Shown here piece after piece: positions 60,904 to 64,000 of a stretch of DNA of 64,000 nt. The DNA is taken from the NCBI GenBank assembly GCA_964561475.1, contig CAZLPU010000002.1, positions 20,707 to 84,706 of the forward strand, read 5' to 3'. The stretch is from an uncultured Alphaproteobacteria bacterium. GTDB lineage: Bacteria > Pseudomonadota > Alphaproteobacteria > JAJFIK01. Within the stretch, counting starts at the first letter, position 1. Each line of letters begins with the position of its first letter. Both the position numbers and the translations under genes were made by a program. The notes under the pieces are model-generated. The model saw only the letters and a program-made list of their open reading frames with translations. It ran no database searches and was not told where the DNA came from.

Positions 60904-61782
60904 ATGAAACTTGCCGCCTCTAATATCGCCTGGGCACCGGAAGACCGCCGGGCCGCCTACGGGCTTCTCCGCCGTCACGGCGTCAGGGGTCTGGAGATCG
61001 CGCCGGGTCTGTTGTTTGACGGTGAAGCCGATCCCCTCGACCCGCCGGAACACCGGGTCAAGGCTGTGTGCGCGGAACTGGAAGACGCGGGCCTGTCTCT
61101 GGTCTCGATGCAGTCTCTCCTTTTCGGCACGCAGGGGGCAGCCCTGTTCGGCACACGGGATGAACGCGCCGCATTGCAGCACCGCATCGGCTGGGCGATC
61201 CATCTGGCGGGCCGGCTGGGCATCCCCAATCTGGTGTTCGGTTCACCGGGATACCGGGTCATTCCGGCAACCATGGACCGGGATCGGGCGTGGCATCAGG
61301 CAGCAGAGATTTTCCGGTGCCTTGGCGATGAGGCGGCGGCGGCTCAGACCGTCTTTTCCATCGAGGCCGTGGCGCCGGCCCATGGCACGAATTTCCTCAA
61401 CACGACAGAAGAGGCCCTGGCGTTTGTCGAACTGGCAGCCCACCCCGCCGTCACCCTCACCTTCGACACGGGCGCCCTTTACAGCGCAGGAGCGCGGGAG
61501 GCACCAGAGTCCCTGGTGTCCGGGGTCCCGGTGTCTGGGACCCTGATGTCTGGGGCCCTGCCCCTCACCTCCCATGTGCATCTGAGCGAGCCGGATCTCG
61601 CGCCCGCTCCTGCAGATACGGAACAGGCCGCCACGATCCTCAGCACTCTGAACAGGTCCGACTATGACGGCTGGGTGTCCCTGGAAATGCGGGCGGTTCA
61701 AGGCAGGGCTCTGGGTTCGTTGGAAGAGGCCCTGGGCCGGTTCAGCGCGGCGGTTCAGCGGGTCCAGGCATTGGCCCGCTGA
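60904..61782 (+). CDS. Sugar phosphate isomerase/epimerase (xylose isomerase-like TIM barrel)
   Basis: MKLAASNIAW, GLEIAP, SMQSLLF, LVFGSP, FDTG, HVHLSEP and WVSLEM motifs. Confidence 0.85.
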   Translation: MKLAASNIAWAPEDRRAAYGLLRRHGVRGLEIAPGLLFDGEADPLDPPEHRVKAVCAELEDAGLSLVSMQSLLFGTQGAALFGTRDERAALQHRIGWAIHLAGRLGIPNLVFGSPGYRVIPATMDRDRAWHQAAEIFRCLGDEAAAAQTVFSIEAVAPAHGTNFLNTTEEALAFVELAAHPAVTLTFDTGALYSAGAREAPESLVSGVPVSGTLMSGALPLTSHVHLSEPDLAPAPADTEQAATILSTLNRSDYDGWVSLEMRAVQGRALGSLEEALGRFSAAVQRVQALAR

Positions 61783-61800
61783 ACCGTCAGACCACGGCTC

Positions 61801-62805
61801 CTACGTTACCAGAGCATCGAAACGCTTCGGGATCCCCGCGCCGACCTCAAGCTCGATGACTTCCCGGGCCACACTTGCGCCGCCCCGGCCGTCAAACTCG
61901 GTCCATTTCAGTTCAAGACCGTTCCAGCGACATCCTTCCGCATACCCTTTCGCATGCGCCATGGGCAGGCGATAGCGCCACAACTCGCCGGTACGGCCGA
62001 GAACTTCGCAGTCACCGACCCGCTCGTAATGGCCGGATTGCTCAAGCTGCTTTGCAGGAGTGGTGGCGAATGGCCCCGCCTCCATGTCGCGAATGCGGAA
62101 GGGAGAGGTGAACGGATCGCTGCCGTCCCGGCGGTCCGCATAGGTCCGTCCCTCCTGCCACAGAGCAATATCCCGGCTGCTGGCGCGGTCGGTTTCCTTG
62201 GCCACCCGGGCGCCGTGATCCTCGATCCACAGGGTCAGCGTCCCGTCCGGGTACTGAGTTACGATCCTCGCCGCTTCGAGAGCGAAATCCCCCTCCTTCC
62301 GGGTGGCATTGGCAATCGCGGCATCAACGCCGAGCCGTCCGTTCCCGTCCACATTTTTGGGGGCATCCACCATGGCCTGGGCCGCCGCGCGGGCGGGGGC
62401 GGAGGCTGGTTCTCCCTTCGGCGTCTGGCCACGGGGTGCGGGCCCCGGATCGCCCTTGCCCGCGAGAATGCTCACCACCCGGGCGGCGTCCGCTTCCGCG
62501 TCAGCCCATTTTTCAGCGGCGGAGGCTTCCCGCTCCGTGGCCCGATCAAGCTTGCCCCGCGCCCGGTCCTTGGCGGCCCGGCGCATTTCCTCGGCCGCCC
62601 GCTCCCGCTTGCTGTTCACATCGCCGATCAGGTCCAGAACATCGTCCCGGTCGTCCTCGGACAAAGCGGCGAGTTTGCCGGGATCCACCTCATAAACCGG
62701 CGGGTTCTCAGGCACCGCCACATCCGGCGCGGCTGAAACCTGCACCAGACCAAAAACGGCGACGCCAAAGGCCGCCACCCCAATCATCATGCCTGAACGC
62801 ATCAT
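61801..62805 (-). CDS. Secreted hypothetical protein (helical N-terminal region, beta-rich C-terminal domain)
   Basis: Signal-like N-terminus, charged coiled-coil region and GGGAGG RBS upstream of ATG 62805. Confidence 0.7.
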   Translation of the reverse strand: MMRSGMMIGVAAFGVAVFGLVQVSAAPDVAVPENPPVYEVDPGKLAALSEDDRDDVLDLIGDVNSKRERAAEEMRRAAKDRARGKLDRATEREASAAEKWADAEADAARVVSILAGKGDPGPAPRGQTPKGEPASAPARAAAQAMVDAPKNVDGNGRLGVDAAIANATRKEGDFALEAARIVTQYPDGTLTLWIEDHGARVAKETDRASSRDIALWQEGRTYADRRDGSDPFTSPFRIRDMEAGPFATTPAKQLEQSGHYERVGDCEVLGRTGELWRYRLPMAHAKGYAEGCRWNGLELKWTEFDGRGGASVAREVIELEVGAGIPKRFDALVT

Positions 62806-62933
62806 TCTGCTTTCCTCCCATGCCACTGCCGCGAAATCTGCGGTCTTCTTACACGGGCAAGACCCTACGTCCGGACACCTTGTCGCATCAAGCCTCAAGC
62901 CAGCATGCAATGGGACTGGGTTGCCCAACGGGC

Positions 62934-62963
62934 AAAAAAAGGCGCCCAGGGGGGGGCGCCTTT
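62934..62963 (-). terminator. Rho-independent terminator
   Basis: AAAAAAA-GGCGCCC-loop-GGGCGCC-TTT just downstream of the minus-strand gene ending at 63028. Confidence 0.8.
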
Positions 62964-63027
62964 CTCACGTCACGACCGATCATCCGCACAAGGCAGAACC
63001 CTCGGTAAAGCCGTATGGAGCAAAGGA

Positions 63028-63504
63028 TCAGTTCACGTTGATCCGGCAGATGGCGGCGTTACCGGTGCGGCACTTCTTGCCGTTGGGGCCGTAATCGGAG
63101 TCGCCCAGACGCTCTTCGCCCTTCTTGCACTTGCCATTGCACAGGGGAGCGGTGCCGCGAATGATGATGTCGGAGGTCTTGCAGCACTTGGCCTTGGAGC
63201 CGGTGACGCATTTTTTGCCGTCGCCGGATTTGCCGCGCCTCACCAGGGTATAGCCGGGCCGGCATTCGCCATTGCAGGCCGGCGCACGGCCCTCCCACAG
63301 GCAGGTTCTCTTTTTCTTGGCCTCTTCCATGTCTTCAGCGGCAGTCTCGGTCACGGCCGCTTCGGTCGCGGCCGCTTCGGTCGCGGCCGCTTCGGTCGCG
63401 GTGGCTTCGTTTGCGACCGCTTCGGTGACTTCATCCGCATGGGCGGACAGGGGCAAGAGGAGCAAAGCAAGAGCGCCCAGAACGGCGCCGCGCAGGAATG
63501 TCAT
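63028..63504 (-). CDS. Secreted Cys-rich repeat protein with an acidic ATEAA-repeat region
   Basis: Signal peptide ending AHA, TEAAA repeats, two GxAPxCNGxC...GKKCxTG units with 10 Cys, GGGAG RBS and its own terminator. Confidence 0.85.
   Translation of the reverse strand: MTFLRGAVLGALALLLLPLSAHADEVTEAVANEATATEAAATEAAATEAAVTETAAEDMEEAKKKRTCLWEGRAPACNGECRPGYTLVRRGKSGDGKKCVTGSKAKCCKTSDIIIRGTAPLCNGKCKKGEERLGDSDYGPNGKKCRTGNAAICRINVN
63354..63428 (-). repeat. 15-bp coding tandem repeat (ATEAA)
   Basis: cggccgcttcggtcg x3 plus degenerate copies. Confidence 0.85.
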
Positions 63505-63677
63505 GGTGGAATTCTCCCAAGATCGTTGTGTGGCAAGCCATCACGGAACCGTGATGCCAGCAACGATATCCCGCGCCTCACGGTTGTGCCACCACGATCC
63601 GGGTAGTCCATCCGAATTGTAATCCGATGGGCCAACCGAGGGTTTCCAGCCTTAACGCTTCGAAAGGTGTCAGAGGG

Positions 63678-63696
63678 TTACACCATAAAGGTGTAA
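63678..63696. promoter_or_regulatory. Perfect inverted repeat TTACACC-N5-GGTGTAA, candidate operator
   Basis: Seen directly in the AT-richer region upstream of the Cys-rich gene. Confidence 0.45.
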
Positions 63697-63740
63697 GGGC
63701 TCTTTGATCCGCCCAGGGCCGAATGCCAGCCATGCACCGT

Positions 63741-64000
63741 TCATTGCGCAGCGGAGGGAGCCGCTTCCTGCGCAGGCGGCGCTGGTGTGCCCAACTGAAG
63801 AACCGCCGTGCCGTCCAGCTTCCAGATGCGGGCGGTCCCATCCCGTGAAGCCGTCAGGATACGGCCTTCCGCCGGCCCCACATCGATGCTGGTCACCCCC
63901 GCCTCATGGCCTTCATAGACCACCGATACGGCCCCGTCCCGGTCCCAGAGCCGGGCAGTGCCGTCATTGGAGGCGGTCAGCACCTGATTGGCGGAGCCAA
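63741..64000 (-). CDS. WD40 repeat protein (3' end only, runs off the window end)
   Basis: LTASNDGTARLWD...GH...LTASRDGTARIW. Confidence 0.88.
   Translation of the reverse strand, partial: GSANQVLTASNDGTARLWDRDGAVSVVYEGHEAGVTSIDVGPAEGRILTASRDGTARIWKLDGTAVLQLGTPAPPAQEAAPSAAQ

Noticed and set aside
63650-63700. TTCGAAAG suggesting a c-di-GMP-I riboswitch
   Set aside because: The flanking GGCAAA and GACGCAAAGC elements are missing and the orientation does not fit the downstream gene.

Overview
High-GC bacterial chromosomal window, most likely alphaproteobacterial (inferred from gene content and protein style). I saw no rRNA, tRNA, CRISPR array, integrase or transposase. In order it contains: (1) an F7/Che2-type chemosensory operon (STAS-cheY-cheA-cheW-PAS MCP-cheR-cheD-cheB); (2) a tightly coupled pair encoding an orphan, membrane-anchored, divergent PstS-like protein and a TIR-2TM protein; (3) SDR and acyl-CoA dehydrogenase catabolic genes; (4) a cluster of a YbdK-type carboxylate-amine ligase, two ATP-grasp ligases and three serine hydrolases, ending next to frmA; (5) a delta-class carbonic anhydrase lipoprotein with a beta-barrel gene; (6) a TonB receptor behind a candidate Pho box, followed by two paralogous secreted metallophosphoesterases; (7) a TorF-like porin and glnA with candidate NtrC/sigma54 sites; (8) degP-like protease, CoA transferase, queF, enoyl-CoA hydratase and a YafK-like protein; (9) an ammonium transporter-HAMP-MCP-PilZ fusion and a soluble MCP-PilZ; (10) penicillin acylase, flavin reductase, an FG-GAP protein, a secreted Cys-rich prepropeptide-like protein and a partial WD40 gene. 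The best candidates for new biology are the Amt-MCP-PilZ chemoreceptor, the PstS-like/TIR-2TM pair, the ATP-grasp/ligase/esterase cluster and the cationic Cys-rich secreted protein. All family calls come from motif recognition by eye; no searches were run.
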